Source: Thermodesulfobacteriota bacterium (GTDB taxonomy: Bacteria; Desulfobacterota_D; UBA1144; Nemesobacterales; Nemesobacteraceae). From it: a stretch of DNA of 64,000 bases. The stretch's first letter is position 1; each line of letters starts with the position of its first letter. Location: assembly GCA_965243595.1 (NCBI GenBank), contig OZ251569.1, forward strand, positions 513,177 through 577,176, read 5' to 3'. Under the pieces are notes generated by a model that was given only the letters and a program-made list of their open reading frames with translations, was not told where the DNA came from and did no database searches. A program made the translations under genes and the position numbers. Positions 28,993 through 38,550 of this stretch are shown piece after piece.

Positions 28993-30555
28993 ATGCGAAG
29001 AAAACTCCACATCCTTTTCGTTTCGGCGGCGGCGCTTCTTCTCGCCCCGTCGGCGGGCGGCCTCGAGCTCACCCTGGAGCGCGCGAAGATGCTCGCCCTC
29101 GAGAACAACCGCGACGTGAGAATCGAGATGAGCAACGTCGCCGCCGCCAGAGGCGACCTGCGGGAAAAAAAAGGCGCCTTCGACCCCGTGCTCGACTTCA
29201 CATCCTCCTACAGGGACGCGAAGATTCCCACCAACAGCACCCTCATAGAGGACGGGCGGGAGAGGCGCAAGGTCTTCGCCTTCGGAAGCGAGCTTTCGGG
29301 AAGGCTCCCCACGGGGACGTTCTACAGGCTCTACGACCTTGACGCCAGGAGAACCGAGACCGACTCCCCGCTCGAGTCTCTCTCTCCTTCCTGGAACGCC
29401 TCTCTGGGGTTCAGCGTGGGGCAGGAGATTCTCCGCGGCTTTCCCCTGGGTTCGAATGGTGTGTCGGTCGCGGTTTCGAGGCGGGACAGGAACATGTCGG
29501 TCCACGAGTTCTCGCGCGTGGTGTCGAGGACTCTTCACGAGGTGGAGAGGGACTACTGGAACGTGGCCGCCGCGCGGCGGGACCTCGAGCTTGAGCGAAA
29601 GGCCCTCGAGCTCGCGCGGGATCTCGAGCGCAGAACCAGAACGCAGGTCGAGGTCGGGGTTCTTCCCAGGGTGGCTCTCACGCAGGCGATGTCGGAGACC
29701 GCGGCGCGGCGGGTGACGCTGATAAGTTCGGAAAACGCGCTCGAGCGGGCGAAGGACGTTCTCAAAAACCGCCTCGCCCTTCCTCTCGGGGAGGAGATAG
29801 AGACGGCCGACGTCGCCGCCTCGCCCTACGTCGAGGTCTCCGAGTCCCTGGCTCTCGAGCAGGCGCTCGGAAAGCGCCCGGAGATATCGAGGGCGCGGGA
29901 GGAGGTCGAGAGAAACGAGGCGCTCAAGCGTTTCCGCTCCCGCCAGAGGCTTCCCCGCCTCTCGGTCGAGGGGAGGGTCGACTACGTGGGAGTGGGAGGG
30001 GAGGAGAACCCGGGCAGGATAGTGTTCGGCCCGCAGGACGAAGCCCCCGCGGGTCCGCTTCCCTTCAACGACCCTTCCGACGCGTTCACCAATCTCGTTG
30101 ACCGCAGGTTTCCCGACTGGAGGGTTACGGGAACCTTCAGCTTTCCGCTTTTCAACAGGGCGGCGCGGGGGGCGTACGCGAGGGCCCGGGCGGATCTCGA
30201 CAGGAGCGTGGTGAACTACGAGAAGCGGAAGGACGCCGTGCGCCTCGAGGTGAGAAACGCCGTTCGGGACGTGCGCGACGGGCAAAAGAGAGTCGAGGCC
30301 GCGGCGCTTTCGGTGAAGCTCGCGCGGGAGGTGCTCGGAAACGAGGAGGAGAAGCTAAAGGCCGGACTTTCCACCACCAGGGAGGTGCTCGAGGCGCAGA
30401 GGGACCTCATACGGGCCGAGGCGGGGGAGATAAGGGCCGTTGTCGACTACAACGTCGCTCTTTCGGAGCTTGAGCGGGCCAAGGGGACGATACTCGAGAG
30501 CAACTCCGTGGTTATGGAGGGGTCGGAGGCGGAGGCTTATCTTGAGCTGGAGTGA
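28993..30555 (+). CDS. TolC-like outer membrane efflux protein
   Basis: Signal peptide 'MRRKLHILFVSAAALLLAPSAGG', then repeated coiled-coil/beta-barrel halves typical of the outer membrane factor family. 520 aa. Confidence 0.75.
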   Translation: MRRKLHILFVSAAALLLAPSAGGLELTLERAKMLALENNRDVRIEMSNVAAARGDLREKKGAFDPVLDFTSSYRDAKIPTNSTLIEDGRERRKVFAFGSELSGRLPTGTFYRLYDLDARRTETDSPLESLSPSWNASLGFSVGQEILRGFPLGSNGVSVAVSRRDRNMSVHEFSRVVSRTLHEVERDYWNVAAARRDLELERKALELARDLERRTRTQVEVGVLPRVALTQAMSETAARRVTLISSENALERAKDVLKNRLALPLGEEIETADVAASPYVEVSESLALEQALGKRPEISRAREEVERNEALKRFRSRQRLPRLSVEGRVDYVGVGGEENPGRIVFGPQDEAPAGPLPFNDPSDAFTNLVDRRFPDWRVTGTFSFPLFNRAARGAYARARADLDRSVVNYEKRKDAVRLEVRNAVRDVRDGQKRVEAAALSVKLAREVLGNEEEKLKAGLSTTREVLEAQRDLIRAEAGEIRAVVDYNVALSELERAKGTILESNSVVMEGSEAEAYLELE

Positions 30556-31000
30556 GTTTTTTTGCTGCACCGAAAATATCTTTCCGTTATCCGGCAGGTA
30601 AATATCCCCCCGCTTGCGCCAAGGATTTCTGTTGGGGTGCCCGTATTGTTTCCCAATGTTTGCGAAGCGCGAAAAACGGCCTCTTGTAGTGTCTCATGAA
30701 AAATGAAATCCTGTAATGTCAGTATGTTGCAACTCTAAACCGCCGAACTCGGGATACCTTTGGCCGCCTATGAGTGTCGAATGAAGGCCGTTGAAAACTA
30801 CCGCGGGCCGTCTGACCGTAGCGGTTGGACCAAGACGCGACGAAGGTTTTTTCTTTCACGGTTTCGGCCGTTCCTTCCCATTACTGAAGCGTCTCCCGGG
30901 ATGTTCTCCTGCAATCTTTCCAGGTTGGAAAAAGAGTCGCCCGCGGGGGAATGGACGGCTCCTTCGTTTCGCGTCTGGCGTTTCTCCGCCGCCGTCATCA

Positions 31001-31420
31001 CTAACCGCAAGACCGGGTTTCCGACGCCTCCGCAAGGCTTCGCAGAAACTCCGCGGCTCTGGGATGGTCGTCGAGAAAGCCCGACACCGCTCCGCTTCCC
31101 GAAATTCTCAGCACCTTGCCCGGCGAGCCGGGATCCGGACGGAAAAACACGAATCTCATGCGGTCCCTGCCCAGGAATTCAAGAGCGAGTCTCTCGTCGG
31201 GAGAACGGCGCCACTTCGCTTTTAGGTTTCCCCTGTACGTCAGGAACAGGCTGGGAATCATGTCCAATCCCCGCGCCGCGAGGTCGCGGAGAAAGTCGAA
31301 AAGTTCCCTGCGGGAGTCGTCCGAAAGCGGCAGTTGTCCCTCCTCCGCTTCCTCGAGAGCGATTTTTGAAAGCTCCGCTATTCTGGTCCTGATTCTGTCG
31401 GGAATTCGGAAAGCGTCCAT
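31001..31420 (-). CDS. Standalone copy of the ~135-aa domain of unknown function that occurs in tandem in 23695..24909
   Basis: 'MDAFRIPDRIRTRIAELSKIALEEAEEGQLPLSDDSRRELFDFL...LTYRGNLKAKWRRSPDERLALEFLGRDRMRFVFFRPD...ISGSGAVSGFLDDHP'. Starts ~35 nt after the ankyrin gene stop. Confidence 0.6.
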   Translation of the reverse strand: MDAFRIPDRIRTRIAELSKIALEEAEEGQLPLSDDSRRELFDFLRDLAARGLDMIPSLFLTYRGNLKAKWRRSPDERLALEFLGRDRMRFVFFRPDPGSPGKVLRISGSGAVSGFLDDHPRAAEFLRSLAEASETRSCG

Positions 31421-31455
31421 TTCGAAAGGCTCCGGAAATCGTGCGGTTTCCGCCG

Positions 31456-32787
31456 CTACGCGGTTTCCAGCAGTTCGCACATTTCCCTGTCGAGTTTTTC
31501 CTTTGCGATGTCCAGGGGAGAGAGACCGTCCCTGTTTCTGGTGTTCGCGTCGCCTCCCCGCGTCAGGAGAAGAGACGCCACTTCCGGGTTTCCTTCTGAC
31601 GCGGCCGCGTGAAGGGCGGTCCGGCCGCTTTCGTCTCCGGCGTTCACGTCGGCTCCCTTTTCTATCAGCGCTTCCGCTCCTTGCGCGTTTCCCGCGTATG
31701 AAGCGTAGTAGAGGGGAGTCTTTCCGGTTCTGCTTCTGGCGCCGACATCCGCCCCTTTCTCCATCAGGAGGAGCGCCGTCCGGCGCCTGTCCCCGAACAG
31801 GGCGTAGTGGAGGGGTGTCCGTCCGCTTTCGTCTTCGACGTTCACCTCCGCCCCCGCCGTTATGAGAACGTCGGCGGCCCGATGCTTCCCCCTGAACAGG
31901 GCGGCCTGAAGAGGAGTCAGGCCGTTTTTTCCCCTGGCTTCGATGTCGCTCCCCGACCCCAGGAGAATTTCCGCGACATCCGCCATGCCCTTGCGCGAAG
32001 CGTGGTGAAGAGGGGTGTCGCCCTCGTCGTCCCTGGAATTCACGTCCGTTCCGGCTTCTATCAGAACGCGCACGGCCCCGGTTCTTCCCCTGCGCAGGGC
32101 GACGCTCAGGGGAGTCCGGCCGTTTTCGTCCCTGGCGTCGACGTCGGCTCCCGCCTTTACGAGGAAAGCCGCCGTTTCCGCCCTTCCCTTGTGCGCGGCG
32201 GCGTGAAGGGGGGTCCATCCGCTCTTGTTTCGCGCATTCACGTCGGCTCCCGCTTCCACGAGAAAGGCCGCCGTTTGCGCGTGTCCCGCGATCGAGGCGT
32301 CGTGAAGCGGGGTCGTGCCGGTTTCGTCTTCGGCTTCCACTCTCGCCCCCGCCTTTATGAGAATCCCGGCGACTTCCGTGTTTCCCCTGTACGAAGCGAA
32401 GTGGAGGGGGGTCGTGCCGATTTCGTCCTTGGCGGTCATGTCGGCTCCCGCCTTTACGAGGAAAGCCGCCGTTTGCGCGTGTCCCGCGATCGAAGCGAAA
32501 TCGAGAGGAGTTCCCCCGTACCTGTTTTCGGCGTTGACCTCCGCTCCGGCCTTCACCAGGGAAGACACTTTTTCCTCGTTCCCTTCAAGCGAAGCCATGT
32601 GAACGGGTTCGGTGCCGTACTTGGCCGGCGCGTTCGCGGATTTCCCGAGGAGAAAGCACATCGCTCCCGTGTTTCCCTTGCAGAAAGCCCTGTTAAGAAA
32701 GATTCTGCCGTTTTTGCCGTTCGGCATTTGCGTCTGCTCTCGTCTTGCTGGAACGCGGAACAGGAACTTTTTTCGCTTTTCCCGCAA
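31456..32787 (-). CDS. Ankyrin-repeat protein (~11 repeats)
   Basis: Repeated 'G.TPLH.A...GH...V..LL..GADVNA' units throughout. The N-terminal start is uncertain. Confidence 0.8.
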   Translation of the reverse strand: MREKRKKFLFRVPARREQTQMPNGKNGRIFLNRAFCKGNTGAMCFLLGKSANAPAKYGTEPVHMASLEGNEEKVSSLVKAGAEVNAENRYGGTPLDFASIAGHAQTAAFLVKAGADMTAKDEIGTTPLHFASYRGNTEVAGILIKAGARVEAEDETGTTPLHDASIAGHAQTAAFLVEAGADVNARNKSGWTPLHAAAHKGRAETAAFLVKAGADVDARDENGRTPLSVALRRGRTGAVRVLIEAGTDVNSRDDEGDTPLHHASRKGMADVAEILLGSGSDIEARGKNGLTPLQAALFRGKHRAADVLITAGAEVNVEDESGRTPLHYALFGDRRRTALLLMEKGADVGARSRTGKTPLYYASYAGNAQGAEALIEKGADVNAGDESGRTALHAAASEGNPEVASLLLTRGGDANTRNRDGLSPLDIAKEKLDREMCELLETA

Positions 32788-32880
32788 ACGGTTGCCGGAA
32801 AGAAAAATTCCGCCGCCCGCGTTCTCTAGATTGATTTCGGTTCATATCCTGCCCCTGCAACCTTTCCGCGGCGTATTTTG

Positions 32881-33729
32881 TTAATCTATCATGAAATCCT
32901 GCGAATCGCATGAAACCTCGGGACGGTGCGCGTCGCCTCGTTGCCGTCTCCGCTGCTTCACGCCCACTTGAATTCCGCGCGCGCGGGAGTTAAACTGTTC
33001 ACAAAGGTTCCTCCCCGATGACAAGGCCCCAGGGGGGCCTCTCCGGCGACGGAGTAGTCGGGGAGGTCGTTTTTTTGTCTCCTCGTTTTTTTCCGTAGCG
33101 TGCGTTTCGCTTCGCAGTGCGTCACTTACGAGTTCGTAGTAGCGCGTTTCTTTTCTTTCCCATTTTCTGAACATCGCCCAGCAGCAGTAATCCGCTACCT
33201 GAAGCCCGTAGTGCGAACGCGAAGAATGGTGCAGTATCTTGTACTTTACGGTTCCGGGCAGGTCTTCGGCCAGTGAATTCTTTACTCCTTTCTCGATGGC
33301 CTTTTTCGGGTTTTTCACCGGAATGGTGTCGGTGATCGCGACGATTTTCTCCGCGCCGGCTTTCCATTCTCTGGGAACGACGTCTTTGAGCAGACGAGTC
33401 AGTGTTTCGTGATAGAGACGTTTTTCTCCGCCCCGCCCCGGGTCCGTTTCAGATTTATCGACCACCAGGCAGTCGATGCGTATTTCCCCGAGGTGATCGG
33501 CGATCCTGTCGAATACGCTTTCGCGGACCCGCCAGCTGTCTTCGGCGCAGTGAAAATACTCAAGGTCCAGCCCGTCCTCCAAACAGTGGTGTTTGTAAGA
33601 ATCCAGCGCTTCGCATATCGGAAATGGACGGAGCATGCTGACGCTCGTCATGACGAAGTAACGCGTTCCGCCCGGCTTGAAGTCGAAATTTCCCGACTCG
33701 TCGAGAAAGATATAGGCGCAGTCAGACAT
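32881..33729 (-). CDS. DUF3800-family protein
   Basis: N-terminal 'CAYIFLDESGNFDF' (the YIDESG hallmark). The C-terminal ~60 aa are Arg-rich and low-complexity. Confidence 0.5.
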   Translation of the reverse strand: MSDCAYIFLDESGNFDFKPGGTRYFVMTSVSMLRPFPICEALDSYKHHCLEDGLDLEYFHCAEDSWRVRESVFDRIADHLGEIRIDCLVVDKSETDPGRGGEKRLYHETLTRLLKDVVPREWKAGAEKIVAITDTIPVKNPKKAIEKGVKNSLAEDLPGTVKYKILHHSSRSHYGLQVADYCCWAMFRKWERKETRYYELVSDALRSETHATEKNEETKKRPPRLLRRRRGPPGALSSGRNLCEQFNSRARGIQVGVKQRRRQRGDAHRPEVSCDSQDFMID

Positions 33730-33780
33730 TCGGTGTTTTTGTCATGTCCCGCGAGTTCGTTCCTGAAACGCGACGGAACC

Positions 33781-35442
33781 TCAGTGCCGAAAATGCCGCA
33801 TCCCGGTGAACACCATCGCCATGCCGTGCTCGTCGGCCGCGGCCACGGTCTCCTCGTCGCGGACCGACCCCCCGGGCTGGACTATAGCGGTTATGCCCGC
33901 CCCTGCCGCCTCGTCGACGCCGTCTCTGAACGGGAAAAAGGCGTCGGAGGCGAGAACGCATCCCCCGGTCGGCTCCCGCGCCTTCATGGCCGCTATCCTG
34001 ACCGAGTCCACCCTGCTCATCTGCCCGGCCCCGATGCCCACCGTCCGCCCGTCTCTGGCGTACACTATGGCGTTCGATTTCACGTGCTTGCAGACCTTCC
34101 ACGCGAACTCGAGATCGGCGGTCTCCTGCGCCGAGGGCTTTCTTTCGGTCGGGACCCCGAGCTTCGAGAAATCTAGCCTGCCGCTCCTGTCGCTCTGCTG
34201 TATGAGGGCTCCTCCCGTGACTTTCTTGAGGTCGTAGCCGCCCGCCCGCCCGAGGTCCGTGCCCCCGGTTTCGAGAACCCGCAGGTTCTTTCTCTCCGAA
34301 AGCGCCTCGAGAGCCTTCTCCGAGAACCACGGGGCCACCACCACCTCGGCGAACATCTTCGCCACCTCGGCCGCGGCATCTTCGTCCACCTGCGCGTTGA
34401 AGGCGATTATTCCCCCGAACGCGCTTTCCGGGTCGCAGCTTCTGGCCCCGAGGAAAGCCTCGGCGGGAGTCGCCCCGAACGCGACCCCGCAGGGATTGTT
34501 GTGCTTCACCACGACGCAGGCCGTCCGCTCGAATTCCCTCGCCAGCTCGAAGGCCGAATCCGCGTCGTATATGTTGTTGAGCGAGAGCTCCTTTCCCTGG
34601 AGCTGCCTCGCGCTCGCCACGCAGTGAGATTCCCCGAGGCCCGTTTCCGCGTAGAAGGCCCCCCGCTGGTGGGGGTTCTCCCCGTAGCGGAGGTCCGTCC
34701 TCTTCTCGAAGTAAAGCGTGCGGGTCCGCGGAAACCCCTCCTCTCCTTCCCCCGCGGCCGCAGAAGACATGTAGTTCGCTATCGCCGCGTCGTAGCGCGA
34801 CACCATGGAGAACGCTTCGGCCGAGAGGCGCAGGTTGGTTTCCGCCGAGATCTCCCCGTCGTTTCGCCGCAGTTCCCGAAGCGCGGCCCCGTAGTCCTCG
34901 GGGCGGGCGAGAACGGTCACCGATTCGTGGTTCTTCGCGGCGGCCCGAAGCATGGCCGGCCCCCCTATGTCTATGTTCTCGACGGCCTCGGCGAAGTCCG
35001 CGTCCTCCCTTCCGGCCACTTCCTCGAACGGGTAGAAGTTCACCACGAGCATGTCTATGGGCTCCACGCCGTTTTCGGCCATCTCCCTTTCGTGGACCTC
35101 GTCGCCGCGGATTCCCAGCAGTCCCCCGTGAATCCTGGGGTGGAGGGTCTTCACCCGCCCGCCCAGTATCTCGGGAAATCCCGTGAACTCCGATATCTCG
35201 CGCACCGCCACTCCCGCCGCGCGAAGCGCCGCGGCCGTGCCCCCGGTGGAGAGAATCTCCGCCCCGAGACCCGAGAGCCCCCGGGCCAGCTCCTCTATCC
35301 CCGTCTTGTCGTGGACGCTTACGACCGCCCTTCGTATTTTCGGCACCTTGGAAGTTCCTCCGGGTCTCGGGATTTTTCCGCGTAAGGTCCGCGGCGGAGG
35401 GCTCGCGGGGGAGACGGGACGCGTCCCCCTCCGCACCCCGGG
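33781..35442 (-). CDS. purH: Bifunctional AICAR transformylase / IMP cyclohydrolase PurH (start approximate)
   Basis: 'RRAVVSVHDKTGIEELARGLSGLGAEILSTGGTAAALRAAGVAVREISEFTGFPEILGGRVKTLHPRIHGG'. The listed ORF extends upstream as Arg-rich junk. Confidence 0.85.
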   Translation of the reverse strand, partial: PGVRRGTRPVSPASPPPRTLRGKIPRPGGTSKVPKIRRAVVSVHDKTGIEELARGLSGLGAEILSTGGTAAALRAAGVAVREISEFTGFPEILGGRVKTLHPRIHGGLLGIRGDEVHEREMAENGVEPIDMLVVNFYPFEEVAGREDADFAEAVENIDIGGPAMLRAAAKNHESVTVLARPEDYGAALRELRRNDGEISAETNLRLSAEAFSMVSRYDAAIANYMSSAAAGEGEEGFPRTRTLYFEKRTDLRYGENPHQRGAFYAETGLGESHCVASARQLQGKELSLNNIYDADSAFELAREFERTACVVVKHNNPCGVAFGATPAEAFLGARSCDPESAFGGIIAFNAQVDEDAAAEVAKMFAEVVVAPWFSEKALEALSERKNLRVLETGGTDLGRAGGYDLKKVTGGALIQQSDRSGRLDFSKLGVPTERKPSAQETADLEFAWKVCKHVKSNAIVYARDGRTVGIGAGQMSRVDSVRIAAMKAREPTGGCVLASDAFFPFRDGVDEAAGAGITAIVQPGGSVRDEETVAAADEHGMAMVFTGMRHFRH

Positions 35443-35550
35443 CATTGAAGGTATCACAGAGTTTCGGATTTTCAATTCCCGGCTTACAAACGGGCGGGTT
35501 TGCCGGTAAAATACGGGGAAGGGAGCCCGCGCGCTTCGGGAGCCGCCGTC

Positions 35551-36309
35551 ATGAAGAAGGAAAGATCGGTTCAGACCAAGGTGGGGATATTCGTTCTCGC
35601 GTCCCTGGCGATTTTCGTCTACGGGGTGTTCACGATAAGCGGCCAGGACGAGCTTTTCGAGAAGGAGCACACGGTGAGGACCTACTTCGACAACACCGCG
35701 GGACTTCTCGAAGGCGCCTACGTGAGACTCTCGGGAGTGGGCGTCGGAACCGTCTCCTCCATACGCTTCTCCGACGACCCGGACCTCGGAAAGGTGCAGG
35801 TGGTGATTTCCGTTCACCGAAAGGCGCTCGACCTCATCTCCCCGGACTCTCTCGCGACGATAAGGACCGAGGGGCTTCTGGGGGCGAAGTACGTGGAGAT
35901 CATTCCCGGAAAGGAGCCGGGCCTGGGGCTTGCGGGCGACGGTTCCGTCATACGGGGCTACACCTCGCCCGAGATGCAGCAGATAATCAGCCAGTCCGAA
36001 GAGCTCATATCGAACCTCACGAGCATTTCGAGGGATCTCAACAAGATAGTCCACTCGTTTTCCGACGAGAAGTTCTCCTCGGACATGCACGCGCTTTTTT
36101 CGAACCTCGCGTCCATATCGGAGTCGATAAGCCAGGGGGAAGGCACCCTCGGGGCTCTCGTCGTCGACCCCTCGGTCCACGACGCGCTCAAGGGCGTTCT
36201 GGGAGAGGCGCAGAGAAACAGATTCGTGAGGTCCGCCGTGCGCTACATGCTAGAGGAGAGGGAGAAGCGGGCGCTTCGCGAGGGCGGCTCCGCCCCGGAG
36301 TCGAACTGA
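35551..36309 (+). CDS. mlaD: MCE/MlaD-family protein
   Basis: N-terminal transmembrane helix 'VGIFVLASLAIFVYGVF', then an MCE domain 'VRTYFDNTAGLLEGAYVRLSGVGVGTV'. Confidence 0.75.
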   Translation: MKKERSVQTKVGIFVLASLAIFVYGVFTISGQDELFEKEHTVRTYFDNTAGLLEGAYVRLSGVGVGTVSSIRFSDDPDLGKVQVVISVHRKALDLISPDSLATIRTEGLLGAKYVEIIPGKEPGLGLAGDGSVIRGYTSPEMQQIISQSEELISNLTSISRDLNKIVHSFSDEKFSSDMHALFSNLASISESISQGEGTLGALVVDPSVHDALKGVLGEAQRNRFVRSAVRYMLEEREKRALREGGSAPESN

Positions 36310-36389
36310 GCTTTTCCGCCCGGGGTTGATTGTTCCCGCCTTTGGGTGCTACAATATCGGATGAAACAACGTTAAGGAGGAGTTTGGAA

Positions 36390-37154
36390 ATGCAGACAAG
36401 AATGTTTTCCGTCTTATTCGCGCTCGCGGTTCTCTTCGCGGTTTCGCCGGGCGCGCTCGCGCAGGATTCGCCTGCGACGCCCGACCCGCTGCCGGGGCCG
36501 CAGCTCGTGGTGGGCGCGGACATGTTCATCGCGGCCTACAAGGCGGACCCCGCGACGCTCAAGTCGCTTCTTCCCCCGGGCCTCAAGCCCCACCCGAACA
36601 ACCACGTGGTGATCAACATGTACACGGTTCCCCGGGCCGACCAGACCTCGGGGTTCGGAGCCTACACCCTCACCTATCTCACCATAGAGATAGACGGGGA
36701 CGACTCCTACGTGATGGGCGCCCCCGACGTGACCTATCCGGGAAGGTACTTCGTCCATTACTTCAACAGCTCTCCCAAGATGAGGAAGTTCGCCCTGGCC
36801 GCCGGAATTCCGGCCACCGTCACGGACGGCGCGACCACCACCGAGGTTAAAAACGGGGCGCTCGTAGCGAAGCTCGCGGCGGGCGGAAAGACCCTGATAG
36901 AGAGCACCGCCAAGGTCGGGGAATACGGTCCCATGGGGGGAGGCCACCTCAACTACTTCGGACTTCTCGGCGGCAAGGTGGTGAAGTATCCGATTCCGTG
37001 GAACGGCAAGGCGGCCGCCGCGGAAGGAGCGAAGATAAAGTTCAACGTCCCGAAGGATCATCCGCTCGCGAAGCTCAAGCCCCTTTCCGACCCGACCTGG
37101 GCCGTGTGGATGAAGGGAAGCTTCGTCTATCCCCAGTATCAGGTCGTGAACTGA
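36390..37154 (+). CDS. Secreted hypothetical protein
   Basis: Shine-Dalgarno 'aggagg' 10 nt upstream. Signal peptide 'MQTRMFSVLFALAVLFAVSPGALA'. Confidence 0.6.
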   Translation: MQTRMFSVLFALAVLFAVSPGALAQDSPATPDPLPGPQLVVGADMFIAAYKADPATLKSLLPPGLKPHPNNHVVINMYTVPRADQTSGFGAYTLTYLTIEIDGDDSYVMGAPDVTYPGRYFVHYFNSSPKMRKFALAAGIPATVTDGATTTEVKNGALVAKLAAGGKTLIESTAKVGEYGPMGGGHLNYFGLLGGKVVKYPIPWNGKAAAAEGAKIKFNVPKDHPLAKLKPLSDPTWAVWMKGSFVYPQYQVVN

Positions 37155-37230
37155 AACCTCCGCGGGAAAACGATCGAAAAGGTCCCGGGCGCGCCGCGGC
37201 GCGCCCCGGCGGCCTCCCACGCCTCGAACC

Positions 37231-37845
37231 ATGTCCAGGTCCGACTACGCGGTCTCCTTCGTAATAAGCCAGATAAACGCGGTTTTCGTGCTGCTTCTCC
37301 TGTTCACGCTGCGCATGGAGATTCCCTACGGGTCCGCCGCCTCTCTCGGCGGGGTGAAGTGGGGGATATTCGTTCTGAGTCCCGTCGCCACCTTTCTTTT
37401 TCTCCGCTTTTTCTGCAGATGGGCGGCGGTCGCCCAGTTCGGCAGGTTCTGGCTCATAAGCGTCTCGAACTTCATGATCGACTTCGGGGTGCTCAACCTG
37501 CTCATGTACCACTTCGGAGCGACGGAGGGAGTCTTCTACTCGGTTTTCAAGGCCGCGTCGTTCATTCTCGCCAACATGAACGGCTACGCGTGGAACAGGT
37601 TCTGGACTTTCGGCTCCGGGGGGGACGATGGATGGACGAGACAGTTCATGAAGTTTTTCGGCGTGGTCGGCGTGGGACTCGTCATAAACGTCGCGGTGGC
37701 GACGGCGGTAGTGGCGAAGTTCAGCGGCTCCGGTTCTCTCTCGCCCACGGTGTGGGCCAACATAGGGGCGCTCTCGCCCATGGCGGTGACGCTTTTCTGG
37801 AATTTTTTCGGGCTCAAGCACCTGGTTTTCGACAGGAAGCCCTGA
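37231..37845 (+). CDS. GtrA-family membrane protein
   Basis: Four predicted transmembrane helices with a GtrA-like 'GVVGVGLVINVAVATAVV...NFFGLKHLVF' arrangement. Confidence 0.6.
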   Translation: MSRSDYAVSFVISQINAVFVLLLLFTLRMEIPYGSAASLGGVKWGIFVLSPVATFLFLRFFCRWAAVAQFGRFWLISVSNFMIDFGVLNLLMYHFGATEGVFYSVFKAASFILANMNGYAWNRFWTFGSGGDDGWTRQFMKFFGVVGVGLVINVAVATAVVAKFSGSGSLSPTVWANIGALSPMAVTLFWNFFGLKHLVFDRKP

Positions 37846-37888
37846 CTTTTCCCTGCTTTTTTCCTCCCGCGGGTCGAGGAAGTTGGTA

Positions 37889-38305
37889 ATGGAATTCGCG
37901 GTCGTAATTCACGAAGCGGAGGAAGGAGGCTGCCGGACGGAAGTTCCGTCCATTCCCGTCCGCGCGACTCAGGGCGAATCCTTTGAAGAACTTCTTGACA
38001 ATGTATACGAGGCGGTTGAAGGTCGCCTGTCAGCGGAGATGCCTGTAGCGATTTTTCGCCGGGGAAAGATGCCTGCATTCGAAGCAAAGACAACAACGGG
38101 TTGCCCTGTCATTTTTTTCGGCAGGCTTCCCTGCAGAATCTTTCTGTATCGAGAGGGGGAATCCTCAAACTCGAAAAGCCCTTTGCAGACAAGCTTTATG
38201 ATTTCCGGCTCGGCTTTCTGCCTCGGCGATATCTTTTCATCTCTGTTCGTCGCTTTTATGCCTTGCTCTATTTCTTTTACCGACATTATCCTGGCCTTGG
38301 GGTAA
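37889..38305 (+). CDS. HicB-like (UPF0150) antitoxin-domain protein; the 3' end is uncertain
   Basis: 'MEFAVVIHEAEEGGCRTEVPSIPVRATQGESFEELLDNVYEAVEGRL' is a clear HicB N-domain. The C-terminal half of the ORF is low-complexity and overlaps the convergent gene. Confidence 0.6.
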   Translation: MEFAVVIHEAEEGGCRTEVPSIPVRATQGESFEELLDNVYEAVEGRLSAEMPVAIFRRGKMPAFEAKTTTGCPVIFFGRLPCRIFLYREGESSNSKSPLQTSFMISGSAFCLGDIFSSLFVAFMPCSISFTDIILALG

Positions 38306-38508
38306 TTGATATAGCTTTTGTGTCTGATGAAGGGATGGTCGCCTTCGTCCAGCGTAAAATCCGGATCGATCTTGGTAGACGTTATTCCCACCAGAAGCAC
38401 TCTTTCAATGTTTCGCTTGCGTAGCGGAGGGGTCAGGACGAAATGCAGATGGGCTCCTTTCCTGGACGGAAGCATAAGCGTGCTGCCTTGTTGCGGAATA
38501 AAGGACAT
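37969..38508 (-). CDS. Candidate PanT toxin with a MazF/PemK-like fold, encoded immediately downstream of the Panacea-domain gene
   Basis: 'KGAHLHFVLTPP...RVLLVGITS...LDEGDHPFIRHKSYINYPKARIMSVKEI' follows the MazF 'RP.VVLS...VvP.TT...Q..sid..r' layout. 42-nt gap after the PanA-like gene, same strand. Confidence 0.45.
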   Translation of the reverse strand: MSFIPQQGSTLMLPSRKGAHLHFVLTPPLRKRNIERVLLVGITSTKIDPDFTLDEGDHPFIRHKSYINYPKARIMSVKEIEQGIKATNRDEKISPRQKAEPEIIKLVCKGLFEFEDSPSRYRKILQGSLPKKMTGQPVVVFASNAGIFPRRKIATGISADRRPSTASYTLSRSSSKDSP

Positions 38509-38550
38509 TTTGATGAAGAACGGGTTTCTTACAGGAAAGAAAAAAAGAAA

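Noticed and set aside
31001-32218. 405-aa minus-strand ORF overlapping the ankyrin gene in another frame
   Set aside because: Extremely Arg/Gly-rich except for its last ~140 aa, which are the genuine standalone domain gene (31001–31420). The ankyrin frame is the real one upstream.
33781-36180. 799-aa version of purH with a 246-aa N-terminal extension
   Set aside because: The extension is low-complexity and overlaps the divergent mlaD gene. PurH homology begins near the Met at 35442.
37850-37900. Direct repeat of the tRNA-Gly 3' end marking the far end of the islet
   Set aside because: No convincing 15-bp-or-longer match to the tRNA 3' end was found by eye near gtrA. The islet boundary therefore remains inferred from GC and gene content only.
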